64,000 nt of DNA from an uncultured Gammaproteobacteria bacterium (GCA_963773065.1 CAVYZN010000016.1:64001-128000); one strand, 5' to 3'. Shown: positions 1 through 11,588, counted from the first letter of the stretch. Notes: generated by a model from the sequence alone, not told the origin. A program made the numbers and translations.

Positions 1-1
1 C

Positions 2-379
2 CTGGATGGCGAATCGCTCCTGGCGGCTTACTGGAAAAGCGTCGCCTGGCCGGGGCAGGGGGTTTTTATCGGCGAACCCCTGGCGGCTCCTTTCCGGGAT
101 GGCATCGCGGACAAACAGGACGGGAGCCGGCGTTGCCCGCCGCCGCGGGTCAGAACTGAGGCGATGCCCCACGGGAACCGGAGCGACGCGCTTGCAACGC
201 GGCTGTGCGCGGCCGGTCTCACGGACACGGAAGGGCCGGCGCGGCGACGGGACACAGGGCCGCGGCGGCCTTCGGTTCGGGTAACGTGCGAGCGGTTTTT
301 TGGGTTACCATCGCTCATCACTCGATGGAAATGGGACACAAGACGTGAAGCGATTCAAGAATATCCTGTTTGTTCATGA
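2..379 (+). CDS. C-terminal fragment of a TIGR03790-family protein (3' end uncertain)
   Basis: The frame from base 2 reads LDGESLLAAYWKSVAWPGQGVFIGEPLAAPF, the C-terminal motif I recall for this family; it runs off the window start. Confidence 0.55.
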   Translation: MDGESLLAAYWKSVAWPGQGVFIGEPLAAPFRDGIADKQDGSRRCPPPRVRTEAMPHGNRSDALATRLCAAGLTDTEGPARRRDTGPRRPSVRVTCERFFGLPSLITRWKWDTRREAIQEYPVCS

Positions 380-1339
380 GCTGGCGGTTGAGGACACGGC
401 GGCGTTTGAGCGGGCGGCGGTGCTGGCCGAGGAAAACACGGCGCGTCTCAGGGTCATCGAGGTGCTTGAGGAAGTCTCGCCCGATATCGGAGTGCCGGTT
501 CCGGTGCTGTTGACACAGGCCCTGCGCAATACCCTGATCGAGGAAAGCCGTGAGCAGATGGAGGAACTCGTCGCGCCGCTGCGGGAGAGAATCGATATCA
601 GCATCGAGGTGCTCACCGGAACGTCTTTCCTGGAAATCATCCGCGAGGTCCTGCGCAACCGCCATGACCTGGTCATCAAGGCGGCCGACAAGGGCGGCCT
701 GATTACCCGGATCTTCGGCAGTACCGACATGCACCTGCTGCGCAAATGTCCCTGCCCGGTGTGGCTGCACAAACACGGTCCGAACAAACCCTACCATCGC
801 ATACTGGCGGCCGTGGATTTCGATGAATTCAGCGGCACGGAACAGGGAAAGCACGATCAACCGGGATATCATGGATCTGGCCGCCTCGCTGGCGCAGCGT
901 GAACACAGCGAGTTGTATATCGGGCATGCCTGGTCTCCCAAGAGTGCGGAGCTGCTGCAAACCCGGCCAAGCGGACTGACGGAAGAGGAAATCAATGACT
1001 ACATCAACGAGACCCAGGCTTGCAACGAACGCCGGCTGAACGAGTTGATGGGCCGGGCGGAGGCCTGGGCGGGCGAAGATATCTGGCGCGAGGTCAAACC
1101 GCAAACCCGCCTGGTCAAGGGTCTGGCGCGCCGGGCGATTCCGGATCTGGCCGAGGAGCTGCAGGCGGAGCTTATCGTGATGGGAACGCTCGGGCAGTGC
1201 CGGCATCGCGGGTATTCTCATCGGCAACACGGCGGAAACCATACTCAACCGCATCGACTGTTCGGTGCTGGCAATCAAGCCGGAGGGATTTGTCACCCCG
1301 GTGACGCTACAGGAATCCGTAGCTTATGACAATGCGTGA
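345..1339 (+). CDS. Tandem-domain universal stress protein (UspE-like), 2 frameshifts
   Basis: MKRFKNIL, DLVIKAA..FGSTDMHLLRKCPCPVW, ILAAVD, LIVMGT..GNTAETILNRIDCSVLAIKPEGF spread over three frames. Confidence 0.85.
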
Positions 1340-1673
1340 CGATTCCTGCAATCCCTCACTATCATCCGGTTATGTGAAGGTCGCTCAGCGCGGCGATATT
1401 CCGCCCGGTAAGATGGCCTGCGTGCGCGTCAACGGCCGGCGCATCCTGCTCGCCAACGTGGAGGGCAGCATCTACGCCGCCGACGACACCTGCACCCACG
1501 AGGAGGCCTCGCTCTCGAAGGGCTTTCTCAAGGGCGAGTGGGTCAAATGCCCGCTCCACGGCAGCCGCTTCAATCTGCGCACCGGCGAGGTGGTGGACGA
1601 TCCAGCGGACGAGAACCTGCGCGTCTATCCCGTGCGCCTCGACGGCGACGATATTTTAATAGCCTTGAACTGA
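1326..1673 (+). CDS. Rieske [2Fe-2S] ferredoxin
   Basis: CTH..CPLHGSRF motif, 115 aa. Confidence 0.9.
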   Translation: MTMRDDSCNPSLSSGYVKVAQRGDIPPGKMACVRVNGRRILLANVEGSIYAADDTCTHEEASLSKGFLKGEWVKCPLHGSRFNLRTGEVVDDPADENLRVYPVRLDGDDILIALN

Positions 1674-1683
1674 TCCGCGTCCC

Positions 1684-2814
1684 ATGAGCACAGCCGCCCC
1701 CGTCATGCCATCCGATCCTGCGACCACGATGCGCTCGATCATCAAGCGCATCGCCACCGGCCCGGAGCTGAGCAAGGACATTTCCTTCGACGAGGCGCGC
1801 GAAGGCATGCGCATCGTGCTCGACGGCGCGGTGGACCCGGTGCAGGCGGCGCTGTTCCTGATCGCGTTGCGCATGAAGCGCGAAACCGACGACGAGAACC
1901 GCGGCGTGCTCGCCGCGATCCGCGACGCGACGCGCACCGTCACCGCCGAAGTGGACGACGTGCTCGATCTCGCCGACCCCTACGACGGCTTCAATCGCAC
2001 GCTGCCGCCCGCGCCGTTCCTGCCGGCCGTGCTCGCGGCCTGCGGCGTACCTTGTATCTCGCATGGCGTCGAGCGCATGGGACCGAAGTTCGGCGTCACG
2101 CATCGCCAGATCCTGCGCGCCGCCGGGATAGCCGTGGATCTCGCGGTCGAGGACGCCGCCGCGCGCCTAGCCGACCCGCGCATCGGCTGGGCCTACGTGG
2201 ACCAACGGCACTTCTGCCCCAAGCTGCACCAGCTCGCCGACTTCCGCACGCTGATCGTCAAGCGCCCGGCGATCACGACCGCCGAGGTGCTGGCGGGCCC
2301 GGTCCGCGGGCGGCGCCGCACTCACATCGTGACCGGCTTCGTACACAAGCCCTACCCGCGCATCTACGCGCTGCTCGCGCGCCACGCCGGTTTCGATTCG
2401 GCGCTCATCGTGCGCGGCGTCGAGGGCGGCGTGATCCCGTCGCTGCGCCAGAGCGGGAAGGCATTCTTCTATCACGACGGCGGCGAGGAACGCGCGCTCG
2501 ATTTCGCGCCGGCCGATTTCGGCATCGAACAGTCGCTGCGCGCGCCGCCCTTGCCGCCCGGGCTTTCCCCCGACGAGGACGAAGCAGTAGCCGCCGCGCT
2601 CGACACCGAGGCCATCGCGAAGGCGGCGGCCTCGGCGGGTCTTGAAGCGCTCGAAGGATCGCCGGGCGCGACGCGCGACTGCCTGGTGAGCGCCGCGGCG
2701 CTCTGTCTCTGGCACCTCAAACGATTCGAGTCGCTGCGCACCGCCGCCGATGCGGTGCGCGCCGTGCTCGACAGCGGCGCGGCGCTGGCGCGTTTCACCC
2801 GCGCCCAGGCATAA
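1684..2814 (+). CDS. Anthranilate phosphoribosyltransferase-like (glycosyltransferase family 3/YbiB-like) protein
   Basis: N-terminal helical domain (QAALFLIALRMKRET), SHG..GPKFGVT, GFVHKPY, VRGVEG; no GTGGD PRPP loop. Confidence 0.72.
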   Translation: MSTAAPVMPSDPATTMRSIIKRIATGPELSKDISFDEAREGMRIVLDGAVDPVQAALFLIALRMKRETDDENRGVLAAIRDATRTVTAEVDDVLDLADPYDGFNRTLPPAPFLPAVLAACGVPCISHGVERMGPKFGVTHRQILRAAGIAVDLAVEDAAARLADPRIGWAYVDQRHFCPKLHQLADFRTLIVKRPAITTAEVLAGPVRGRRRTHIVTGFVHKPYPRIYALLARHAGFDSALIVRGVEGGVIPSLRQSGKAFFYHDGGEERALDFAPADFGIEQSLRAPPLPPGLSPDEDEAVAAALDTEAIAKAAASAGLEALEGSPGATRDCLVSAAALCLWHLKRFESLRTAADAVRAVLDSGAALARFTRAQA

Positions 2815-2842
2815 CCCCGCCGGCCTGGCCCGCCAGCGCTAA

Positions 2843-3860
2843 TTACCCGGTCATCCGGTATTGCGCCGGTGATTTCCCGGTCCAGCGCTTGAAGGCGCGG
2901 GTGAAATTGCTGGGTTCCGAGAAACCCAGCAAATAGGTGATCTCGCCGATGCTGCGCCGGGTATCCCGCAGGTACTGCAGTGCGAGTTGCTGGCGGGTGT
3001 CCTCCAGCAGATCCTTGAAACTGGTGTCTTCATCTTTCAGCCGGCGCTGCAGGCTGCGCAGGCTGACGTGCAGCGTGTCGGCAATCGCCTCCTGCTTCGG
3101 GATGCCGTCCGGGAGCTGGTGGATGATCTTCGAGCGTACCTGCATGGCGATGCTGTCCCGGTCAAAGCGGGCCAGGTAATCCACGACGACCTGGTCGTTG
3201 ATCCGCGCGAGTTCCGGATTGGCCGATGCGAGATGACGGGTGAGCAGTTGCCGGTCGAAGCACAGCCGGTTGTCGGGCGCCCCATAGTCGATGGAGGCGC
3301 CGAACATCTCTTCAAACTGCGCGCGACAGGGCGGCAGCGGGTCGCTGCAATGTGACATGCCGGGGCAGGATGGGATGGCCTGCCGTGATCTGACACATGC
3401 GCAGAAAGGCCGCCATGCCCAGGTCTGCTGCCGCGTACTCGAAGTCAGGCGGGAGTATCTCCGGCAGCACGGTGACCAGGTCGATGGAATCCGGCTGTTC
3501 TTCCAGGCGGAAATGGAGGGCGCTGTTGATCAGGCGCGCATAGCGCACCAGACGGCCAAACGCATCCAGCAGGGTGTCACTGACCAGCCAGGCAAGACCC
3601 AGCCCGTGCAGCATGGCGGGCTGGAACTGGCGTGCGGCGACCAGTCCCAGGCAGGGGTCGCCGGTGGCCGCGACGGCGAGCTTCCACAGTTTCTGCATCC
3701 GCGGCATGGGAAAGCGCGCATTGGGGTCGGTGGCCCTGCCCAAATCGATGCCCGCCGCGACAAACAACGGCTCCGGATCACAGCCGCAGGCGCGCAGGGT
3801 CGTGGCGATGAGCCCCGCTACGCTGCCCAGCGTGGTGATTTCCGGTATCGAGTACGCCAT
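2843..3860 (-). CDS. AraC-family transcriptional regulator, frameshifted near 3330
   Basis: N-terminal ligand domain (DPNARFP..LW..GDPCLGL) plus C-terminal SLRSLQRRL..LLGFSEPSNFTRAFKRWTG. Confidence 0.88.
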
Positions 3861-3983
3861 GGCTTGCAGTTTGGTCCCGGCGGATAAGGCAATGGCACCC
3901 AGTGATTAACCAAGCCTAGCAGGATCCGGCTAAGGTGGTAGTCCTGAAGGGGGGTTGTTCCGCCTGTAAACCACCAACCGGGA

Positions 3984-4577
3984 GTGCTGTATGGGAATCA
4001 CGGTAAAGATCCAGATCTACATCTGGCGGCATTGCCGATCGAATACCTGGCCCGGCAGGATGGCCTGCTGGAGCGGATACGCGCCGATGAGCGTGCGTTC
4101 AACCCCTACCGGGAGGTCTTCATCACGGGTATGCGGGCCTACCAGCAGCATACCTATCTCGAACTGGTGCGGCGGACCTACGGCCGCGCCGTGGCGCACC
4201 AGGTCGAAGTACACCAGCGCCACATGCTGGATTTCATGACGGGCATGGGACGACGCATCGAGCAGGCTCTGGACCTGATCGAAGGGGCGCTCGACACCCG
4301 GGCAGTCAGCGCCGCCACGCGCCACGGCGAGATCGAGATACCGATTGAAATGAATGTGGCGCTGGCCCTGCTGCTGGGGCTGGAGGAATCACCGGATTAT
4401 GTCGCGACGGCGGCGCGGCGTGCCGAGCAGATCACCCGCATGCAACCGGAAATCGACTGGCGCCTGGCGCATGGCCTGGCGCGCGCCCGGGAGGAGATGG
4501 TGAAGACATTCTCGCCGGTGCTGGTCTGTCTTGACGGCGTCGCCGGGAAAAGAACCGGCATCAGCCTCTCCGGATGA
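3984..4577 (+). CDS. Hypothetical protein
   Basis: 197-aa ORF with coding-like composition, divergent from the AraC gene; start uncertain. Confidence 0.55.
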   Translation: MLYGNHGKDPDLHLAALPIEYLARQDGLLERIRADERAFNPYREVFITGMRAYQQHTYLELVRRTYGRAVAHQVEVHQRHMLDFMTGMGRRIEQALDLIEGALDTRAVSAATRHGEIEIPIEMNVALALLLGLEESPDYVATAARRAEQITRMQPEIDWRLAHGLARAREEMVKTFSPVLVCLDGVAGKRTGISLSG

Positions 4578-4637
4578 GTGGCGTATCTCAGTCACCGATG
4601 AGGGTTTGCGCAGGAAATTTTCTCGACCGGTTTCCCC

Positions 4638-4778
4638 ATGCTTAAATTGATCGGTAGTATTTTGCTTGTTTATTACCTCATCCTGGGGGTGGCTGCGCTC
4701 ATTTTCCTGGCATGGGGCTACATCGACGATCACAGGCAAGCGAAACGGCGCAAGCGCGAAACCCGGATCCGGAACTGA
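4638..4778 (+). CDS. Small single-pass membrane protein (46 aa)
   Basis: Own translation: [46 protein letters not shown], a hydrophobic helix with a basic tail. Confidence 0.45.
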   Translation: MLKLIGSILLVYYLILGVAALIFLAWGYIDDHRQAKRRKRETRIRN

Positions 4779-4969
4779 TCACGCACGCGCGGCCCGCACC
4801 GGGGGCGAGAAGGCGATCTGAACCGCCGCAAGAAGCAAAACAGGCCGGTCGCCCGCCGGATAACGTCGTAGGTTCAAGCACGACAAATGATGCGCCCGGT
4901 CCGGCGCGCTGCCGCATGCCAAGGCCCGGTATTTTCGCTACACTAGGGCGCCTGAATCCGGATCCGTCC

Positions 4970-7225
4970 ATGCCAGCCGCCGCCATTCCCGCCGTCCGCA
5001 CCGCCCTGTTCGACTACCCGAAGTACTGGGCCGAGTGCTTTGGCAGCGCCCCGTTTCTGCCCATGAGCCGCGCGGAGATGGATGCCCTGGGCTGGGATTC
5101 CTGCGACATCATCCTCGTCACGGGCGATGCCTACGTCGATCACCCCTCCTTCGGCATGGCCATCATCGGGCGGCTGCTGGAGGCCCAGGGTTTCCGCGTC
5201 GGCATCATCGCCCAGCCGGACTGGCAGTCGAAAGCGGCGTTCGAGGCGCTCGGCCGGCCGAACCTCTTCTTCGGCGTCACCGCCGGCAACATGGATTCCA
5301 TGATCAACCGCTATACCGCGGACCGCAAACCCCGTTCCGACGACGCCTACACCCCCGGCGGGCGGGCGGGCAGTCGCCCGGACCGCTGCTCGCTGGTCGT
5401 ATGCGCAACGCTGCCGGGAGGCGTACCCGGACGTGCCGCTGGTGCTGGGCGGCATCGAGGCCTCGCTGCGGCGCATCGCCCATTACGATTACTGGCAGGA
5501 CAAGGTGCGCCGTTCGCTGCTGGTGGACGCCGGCGCCGACATCCTGCTCTACGGCAATGCCGAGCGGGCCGTGGTGGAACTGGCCCACCGCCTCGCCCGC
5601 GGCGAGGCCATCGCCGACATCACCGACGTGCGCGGCACCGCCTTCATCCGCCGCGACACCCCCGCGGACTGGTGGGAAGTCGATTCCACCCGCATCGACC
5701 GCCCGGGCAGGATCGACGGCGTCATCAACCCCTATATCAACACCCAGGCGATGGATGCCTGCGAACGGGAACGGCGCAACAGCGCCCGCTACGGCTTCGG
5801 CTTCGACGCAGCACGGCGCGCCGCTGATCCCGGCGCCCCAACCGCGACTGGATCGCGCGCGCACCGTGATTCGCCTGCCGTCATTCGAGAAGGTGCGCAA
5901 CGACGCCGTGCTCTACGCCCACGCCAGCCGGGTGCTGCACCTGGAAACCAATCCCGGCAATGCCCGGGCGCTGGTGCAGCAACACGGCGCGGTCGATGTC
6001 TGGCTGAACCCGCCGCCGATTCCGCTCACGACCGAAGAAATGGACTACGTGTTCGGCATGCCGTTCGCGCGCGTGCCCCACCCCCGCTACCGGGGCGAGA
6101 ACATCCCGGCCTGGGAGATGATCCGCTTCTCGGTCAATATCATGCGCGGCTGCTTCGGCGGCTGCACCTTCTGCTCCATCACCGAGCACGAGGGCCGCAT
6201 CATCCAGAACCGTTCGCAGGAGTCGATCCTGCGGGAAATCGAGGACATCCGCGACAAGGTGCCGGGCTTCACCGGCGTCATCTCGGACCTCGGCGGTCCC
6301 ACCGCCAACATGTACCGCATCGCCTGCAAAAGCCGCGACATCGAGGCCGCCTGCCGCAAGCCGAGCTGCGTCTATCCGGGCATCTGCCCGAACCTCGACA
6401 CCGATCATTCCGCGCTCACGCGGCTCTACCGGGAGGCCCGCACGTCTGCCGGGCATTAAAAAGGTCCTGATCGCCTCCGGGCTGCGCTACGACCTGGCGG
6501 TGCGCGACCCGGAGTACGTGAAGGAGCTGGTCACCCACCACGTCGGCGGTTACCTGAAAATCGCGCCGGAACATACCGAGGAAGGTCCGCTGTCGATGAT
6601 GATGAAGCCGGGGGTCGGCGCCTACGATGCCTTCAAGCGGCTGTTCGAGAAATTTTCCGCGGAAGCCGGCAAGGAGCAGTACCTGATCCCGTATTTCATC
6701 GCCGCCCATCCGGGCACCAGCGATGAGGACATGGTGAACCTGGCGCTCTGGCTGAAGCGCAACGGCTTCCGGGCCGACCAGGTGCAGGCGTTCTACCCCT
6801 CGCCGATGGCCACCGCCACGGCCATGTATCACTCGGGCAAGAATCCCCTGCGCCGGGTGCGCTACAAGAGCGAGGGGGTGGATGTCGTCAAGGATGCCGG
6901 GCGGCGCCGGCTGCACAAGGCGTTCCTGCGCTACCACGATCCGCGGCACTGGCCGCTGCTGCGCGAGGCGCTCCTGGCGATGGGACGGGCGGACCTGATC
7001 GGCGGCGGCCCCCACCAGCTCATCCCGCACGAACAGCCGGACGAAGGCAAGGACTACCGGGCGCCGCGCCGCAAGAACTCCGCGCAGGCGCATCAACGGC
7101 GCCTCGAGGGAACGCTGCTGACCCGGCATACCGGTCTGCCGCCCTGGCAGGAGGGCAGCCGTAAAGCCGGTCAAGAGGGGACGGGGAAACGCAGGCGCAA
7201 GCCGTCGGTCGAACGACCGCGCTGA
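4970..7225 (+). CDS. ygiQ: YgiQ/UPF0313 radical SAM protein, several frameshifts
   Basis: [44 protein letters not shown] (CxxxCxxC), [18 protein letters not shown]. Confidence 0.9.
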
Positions 7226-7333
7226 TGTTCAATGGGGTCACCCCATTGATCTCGGACGTCTGATATGACTTCCACTGTCAAGCAAAGCCGCTGAAGTTAA
7301 TGAATCGATGGGTGAGCGGTTCACGGTGGGTGA

Positions 7334-7521
7334 CCGAGCCATTGGAAGAGACGCAGCCAGTAATAGCGACGGTTGATCATGCTGATATCCGTGGGTTGGT
7401 TACCACCTTACTTGTGTCCGTCGGGTACCTGCCTCGATCTAGGGACGAGCATTTATTTCAGGCTCCTAACGTCTTCGAGGGTTGTACCAACACCGGGGCT
7501 GCGTCTCTTCCAATAGCTCGG
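7334..7521 (-). ncRNA. Candidate bridge/seek RNA of the IS110 element
   Basis: 25-bp stem 7334-7358 / 7497-7521; its single mismatch is a U-G wobble on the transposase strand; encloses about 138 nt. Confidence 0.6.
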
Positions 7522-8669
7522 GCTTTGTGTCGGGTCTGTATGGTTCGGCGATACCGGGTTACACGGCTGAGTGGTGTTTGTTTGGCGATGGCCCAGATAA
7601 AGGCGGCCATTTCGCGGGCGATGGCGACGGTGACCTGGTTCTGATGTTTGCCCTTGTTCACCAGGGTGCGATAGCGTTTACAGAGTCTGATCTGCGCCTT
7701 CCAGCTGATATCCTGAATCGGCTGGCTGAGCTTTTCGAGTCGCAGCTGCAGGTGTCGGCTGACCTTGGCCGGGTAGCGGTAGGCCCAGGCGCCCTCGACG
7801 AGCGCCTTGCGGGCGTGGGTGTTACCGGTCTTGGTGATGCCGCCCTGACGGCGCTGCCCGCCGCTGGAGTACTCGGAGGGGGTGAGGCCGAGATAGCTCA
7901 TGAGCTGGCGGGGATTATCGAAACGGGTGAGATCGCCGAGTTCGGCGATGAGGGAGACGGCGGTGATGAACTGCACGCCTCTGAGGGCCTGGATGGCCTC
8001 GACCACGGGGAACAGGCGCCAGTTGCGGGTGTGGTCCTGAAGTTCGGCCTCCAGGCGTTGCATCCGTTGATGCGTCGGTAACGCAACGAGGTACTCCTGG
8101 AAGACAATCTGTTGCGCGGGGGTGTCGCAGACGACCTCAGCCAGCCAGCCAGATGGCGGCTCCCCAGTTGGCCTTGCCCTGGTAGCGATATCGTGGCGCA
8201 GCAGAAAGGCCTTCAGGCGGAACTTGGCGGGCTTGAGGTCCGTGAGGGCGTCTTCGCGGGCGCGGGTAAGATCGCGGATGGCCTCGTCGGCGACGTCCGG
8301 GACATAGACGGGGGTGAGGTCGCCGCTGCGCATCAGGCGGGCGAGTTCGATGGCATCGCGGCGGTCGGTCTTGACGCGGTCGCCGGCTTTTTTGGGGATG
8401 AGCGAGGGGGCGATAACCCAGCAGGTAAGTTTTTTCCTGGTCAGGTAGCGATACAGCCAGTAACCACAGGGGCCGGCCTCATAAACGAAGACCAGTCGGG
8501 CGGATTTGGATTTCAGTGTGCGGATCAGTTTATCGATGTCGCACTGGCGGGTACCGATGGTCCCGAGGGCGACAACGGCGGAGTCCCGGTCGTCCGGTGC
8601 ATAGGCGACCGCGATGGATTCCTTGTGGACGTCAAGACCGACGTAGAGTGTGGTGCTAGACTGTTTCAT
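7458..8669 (-). CDS. IS110-family DEDD transposase (true stop probably near 7558)
   Basis: VGLDVHK, YEAGP, KTDRRDA (DEDD), [11 protein letters not shown] (catalytic Ser), [13 protein letters not shown]. Confidence 0.93.
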   Translation of the reverse strand: MKQSSTTLYVGLDVHKESIAVAYAPDDRDSAVVALGTIGTRQCDIDKLIRTLKSKSARLVFVYEAGPCGYWLYRYLTRKKLTCWVIAPSLIPKKAGDRVKTDRRDAIELARLMRSGDLTPVYVPDVADEAIRDLTRAREDALTDLKPAKFRLKAFLLRHDIATRARPTGEPPSGWLAEVVCDTPAQQIVFQEYLVALPTHQRMQRLEAELQDHTRNWRLFPVVEAIQALRGVQFITAVSLIAELGDLTRFDNPRQLMSYLGLTPSEYSSGGQRRQGGITKTGNTHARKALVEGAWAYRYPAKVSRHLQLRLEKLSQPIQDISWKAQIRLCKRYRTLVNKGKHQNQVTVAIAREMAAFIWAIAKQTPLSRVTRYRRTIQTRHKARAIGRDAAPVLVQPSKTLGA

Positions 8670-8793
8670 GGCTGACCTCCGAGCTCGTTAACCGATTGTG
8701 CCGAGAGCACGCTGCGGCTCTGGCCTTCATAGGCTAACCCGCGATTGAGACGGAGGTCAGCCTCCAACTGTGGAAGTCATAATGTCTAATCAA

Positions 8794-9832
8794 ATGAACA
8801 AGAATCGGCTTCTATTGATGCCGGTTGTTGTTAAAATAGTTGATGCCCTCGGTCGGGGAGAATTGCAGGAATATTCCATGGTGGGTGATAAAGAAAGAAC
8901 ATTAAGTGATATCGAATGGTTACTAGGTAATGCAAAGGTAGCCGCAAAGGTAGCCGCAGTTCTCCAGAAAGCGCTTCAGAGTTACAAACAAGGCGACCTG
9001 GCAATGGCTCTTGAATTCAGCGAGGAGGCGATTCTTCTTAATGCCCTGTACGCTAACGCGTATATCATGCACGCAATGATCTTGATGCAAATGAAACGCT
9101 TCGATGAGGCGCGTAGCGCCTTACTGAAGGCAATTCAGCTACAACCTGATATAAAGAATGCAAAATATTATCTGGCTGCGCTGGGCCATGCAGATATGCC
9201 AGATAAGTCCCCGGAAACATATGTTAGCGAGTTGTTTGATGATTACGCTGACCGTTTCGATGAAGATCTAGTTGTTAAGTTGGGTTACCAGGTGCCCCAG
9301 CATCTTTACAATATTACATGCAGGCATCTTGGTGGTATGAAAAGAAAGCTCGATATATTGGATCTTGGCTGTGGTACTGGTTTGTGCGGTATCGCGTTTG
9401 CAGGTCTTTCAAGAAATCTTGTAGGCATAGATCTTTCTAGAAAAATGATTAATAAGGCGGGGGGAGCGCGGGATCTATTCTCAACTCATCCAAGGTGACA
9501 TTTCTACTATCTTGGGAAAGTACCGGAAGCAATTCGATCTTGTATTGTCAGGTGACGTATTTATTTACCTTGGTGATCTTAGTGAGGTATTCAGATTAAC
9601 CAAAGAGCAGCTGAAATTTGGTGGACTTTTTGCGTTCTCGATTGAGGTCAACAAATCAGAAGAGGACTATAAGATACAAACATCATGTCGCTATAAGCAT
9701 TCCCCGGAGTATATAAAACGACTTGGTAAGGAATATGGACTGGATGTGATTGAAAATAAAACAATCACTCTTCGTTACGATCGAAAGACACCGGTTGCTG
9801 GGAATGTCATTGTTTTGAGATCTGTATTGTAG
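8794..9832 (+). CDS. TPR-containing class I SAM methyltransferase, frameshift in a G-run near 9460; low GC
   Basis: TPR helices, YVSELFDDYADRFDEDLV..LGY, ILDLGCGTGLCG, FDLVLSGDVFIYLGDL. Confidence 0.82.
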
Positions 9833-9944
9833 ATAGCGCCTGAAACAGGCTCATCTAGGAAGATCTCATCATGCTACAGCTAGGGGCAATGTGAGGTGCG
9901 GTCCAAATCCTACTTGGTCTTGGACTGTATGTCTGCTTCTGGCA

Positions 9945-10162
9945 GATAGTATTGAAAAACTTGAAAATTTGATGAGACCAATTTTTAGCCAAATCTCACT
10001 CCTTTCTAAAGTGTGATTCAATTCTTGTGTTTGAGGCAATGCGAGGGTAACTGGCGAGAGCTTGGATATTTCTGATACCCCTCATATCTGCAGAATCAAA
10101 ACTCGTCATAGAGGCTAAGAAATATTCATTATCACCAGAAACAGAGTTTTTCAACACTTTCG
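9945..10162. mobile_element. Degenerate MITE, about 215 bp
   Basis: Imperfect terminal IR GATAGTATTGAAAAACTT / GAGTTTTTCAACACTTTC, no ORF. Confidence 0.5.
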
Positions 10163-10588
10163 GCCCGTTAGCGAAGTACGATGGCAGGATGGGAACGGCA
10201 AGTTATGCTGCAACCCGGTCATAACCGCTCCCGGTAGATATGTCTTCTTTCGTGCGCATTCAAGACATAAAACGGCGGCCTTCGGGTCGTCGGTTTATTT
10301 CAGCAGTAACTTGGCAATGGCCTGAAACCTTGCTATCCGTCTTCGTGTGTACGTTTATCCTTTACTTCCTGATTAGAGAAAGGGCCTACGCAGTTGACCC
10401 GATCGCTGCCATTGCACCGGCTCACACGCCTCCGCGAACTTAGACGGGCAAGCGAGTCATCTCCGCGCCGGATCGCCGCCCCTGCGCCACGACATGCGGC
10501 CAGGTAATCCCGGCGCGGCCGGCCAGGGTGTAGAATTTCTCATTACCTGTTCTAGAACGAGTAACTCAGATCGTGATCGGGGTGCGTA

Positions 10589-10839
10589 TATGGCAAGGCT
10601 AGTAATAGTGCTGGCGCTGATCGGGATTGCTTACTGGTATTGGTCAGGGCCTTATCAGAATTCTGCGAACACGCCTCCTGTAGACGATACGAAGCAAAAC
10701 GCCGAGATCATGGCGCGCTGTCTCGCGGACGAGAACTTCGCGGAATCAGACGATGTCAGGGCCCGGAGAAGACGCCGAAGAAGTGTGCGCGGATGAGAAC
10801 AGCCTCATTAAGATGGATGGGAAGTGGTATCACAGATGA
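10589..10839 (+). CDS. Small exported hypothetical protein, frameshifted
   Basis: MARLVIVLALIGIAYWYWSGPYQ..C..; a shifted frame gives DAEEVCADENSLIKMDGKWYHR*. Confidence 0.55.
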
Positions 10840-10840
10840 C

Positions 10841-10868
10841 GCGGCGGCCCTCGGGTCGCCGTTTTTTC
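10841..10868 (+). terminator. Rho-independent terminator
   Basis: CGGCGGCCC-TC-GGGTCGCCG hairpin followed by a T-run right after the stop; a similar hairpin lies at 10273-10300. Confidence 0.6.
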
Positions 10869-11167
10869 GCCCTATGTCTGGTTATGCGGCACAGTTGCCC
10901 TTCGCTGGTCATCCGTGTAGGTCAGAAGATGGCCGATCTACGACCTTCCTCCTCGCTCCGAGCACTTCGCCCGACGCCCGCAGTCACTCCCCGTAGAGTT
11001 CCCAGCAACCGTTCCCAAGGACGCAGTACCAGGTAACGGCAGGCGGGGGCTCAGAACTCAGAGCTCAGTGCGAAGGGCTAGGGGGAGGGTGTACGTCATA
11101 GGCAGAATGTCTGGAAGGTTACTGATGCCGGACATTCTGGTTCAGGGGGCTATCGTCAGCCATCGAC

Positions 11168-11309
11168 CCAGGCTGTGTAAAAACTCATTTTTTTGAAAGG
11201 CGCTCAGAGAGGCGACCTTACCAGACGCACCACGATCAACGATCTCATGTGAGGTAATGGTTTTGGGAACCCTGTTTTCGAGATCATTCGGAGTTTTTAC
11301 ACAGCCTGG
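11168..11309. mobile_element. MITE, 142 bp, with IS1182-like ends
   Basis: Perfect 19-bp IR CCAGGCTGTGTAAAAACTC / GAGTTTTTACACAGCCTGG; GACCCA on both sides. Confidence 0.75.
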
Positions 11310-11588
11310 ACCCAACCCGGACGTCCAGCATTTCGGGCTTCATGACGTGTTTGTACTGTAGTCGGACCTTTAGTATCAGGAGCACAGGGGTTATTGACTC
11401 TTCCTCGCCACTTATCCGCTACTATCATAAAAATAATTTAGCTTGAACAACTCATTCTCGGACAACTAGATTAATCACATGAAACCGGGCGTTTATCCGT
11501 CATAATAAACTTGAAAAAAAGGGGTATCGCTTATCCTATAGTTAGACTTAAGCAAATCATTTAATTCCGGTAACTGACGGAGGAAGTC

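Larger units (their letters stand above)
7260..8787 (-). mobile_element. IS110-family element, IS1111 type, with sub-terminal IRs
   Basis: 12-bp IR TATGACTTCCAC (7264-7275) / GTGGAAGTCATA (8770-8781); GTCT just outside each IR; transposase plus a long 3' non-coding region. Confidence 0.85.

Noticed and set aside
7458-7557. C-terminal extension of the IS110 transposase
   Set aside because: It overlaps the structured NCR stem and probably reflects an indel just before a TAA near 7558
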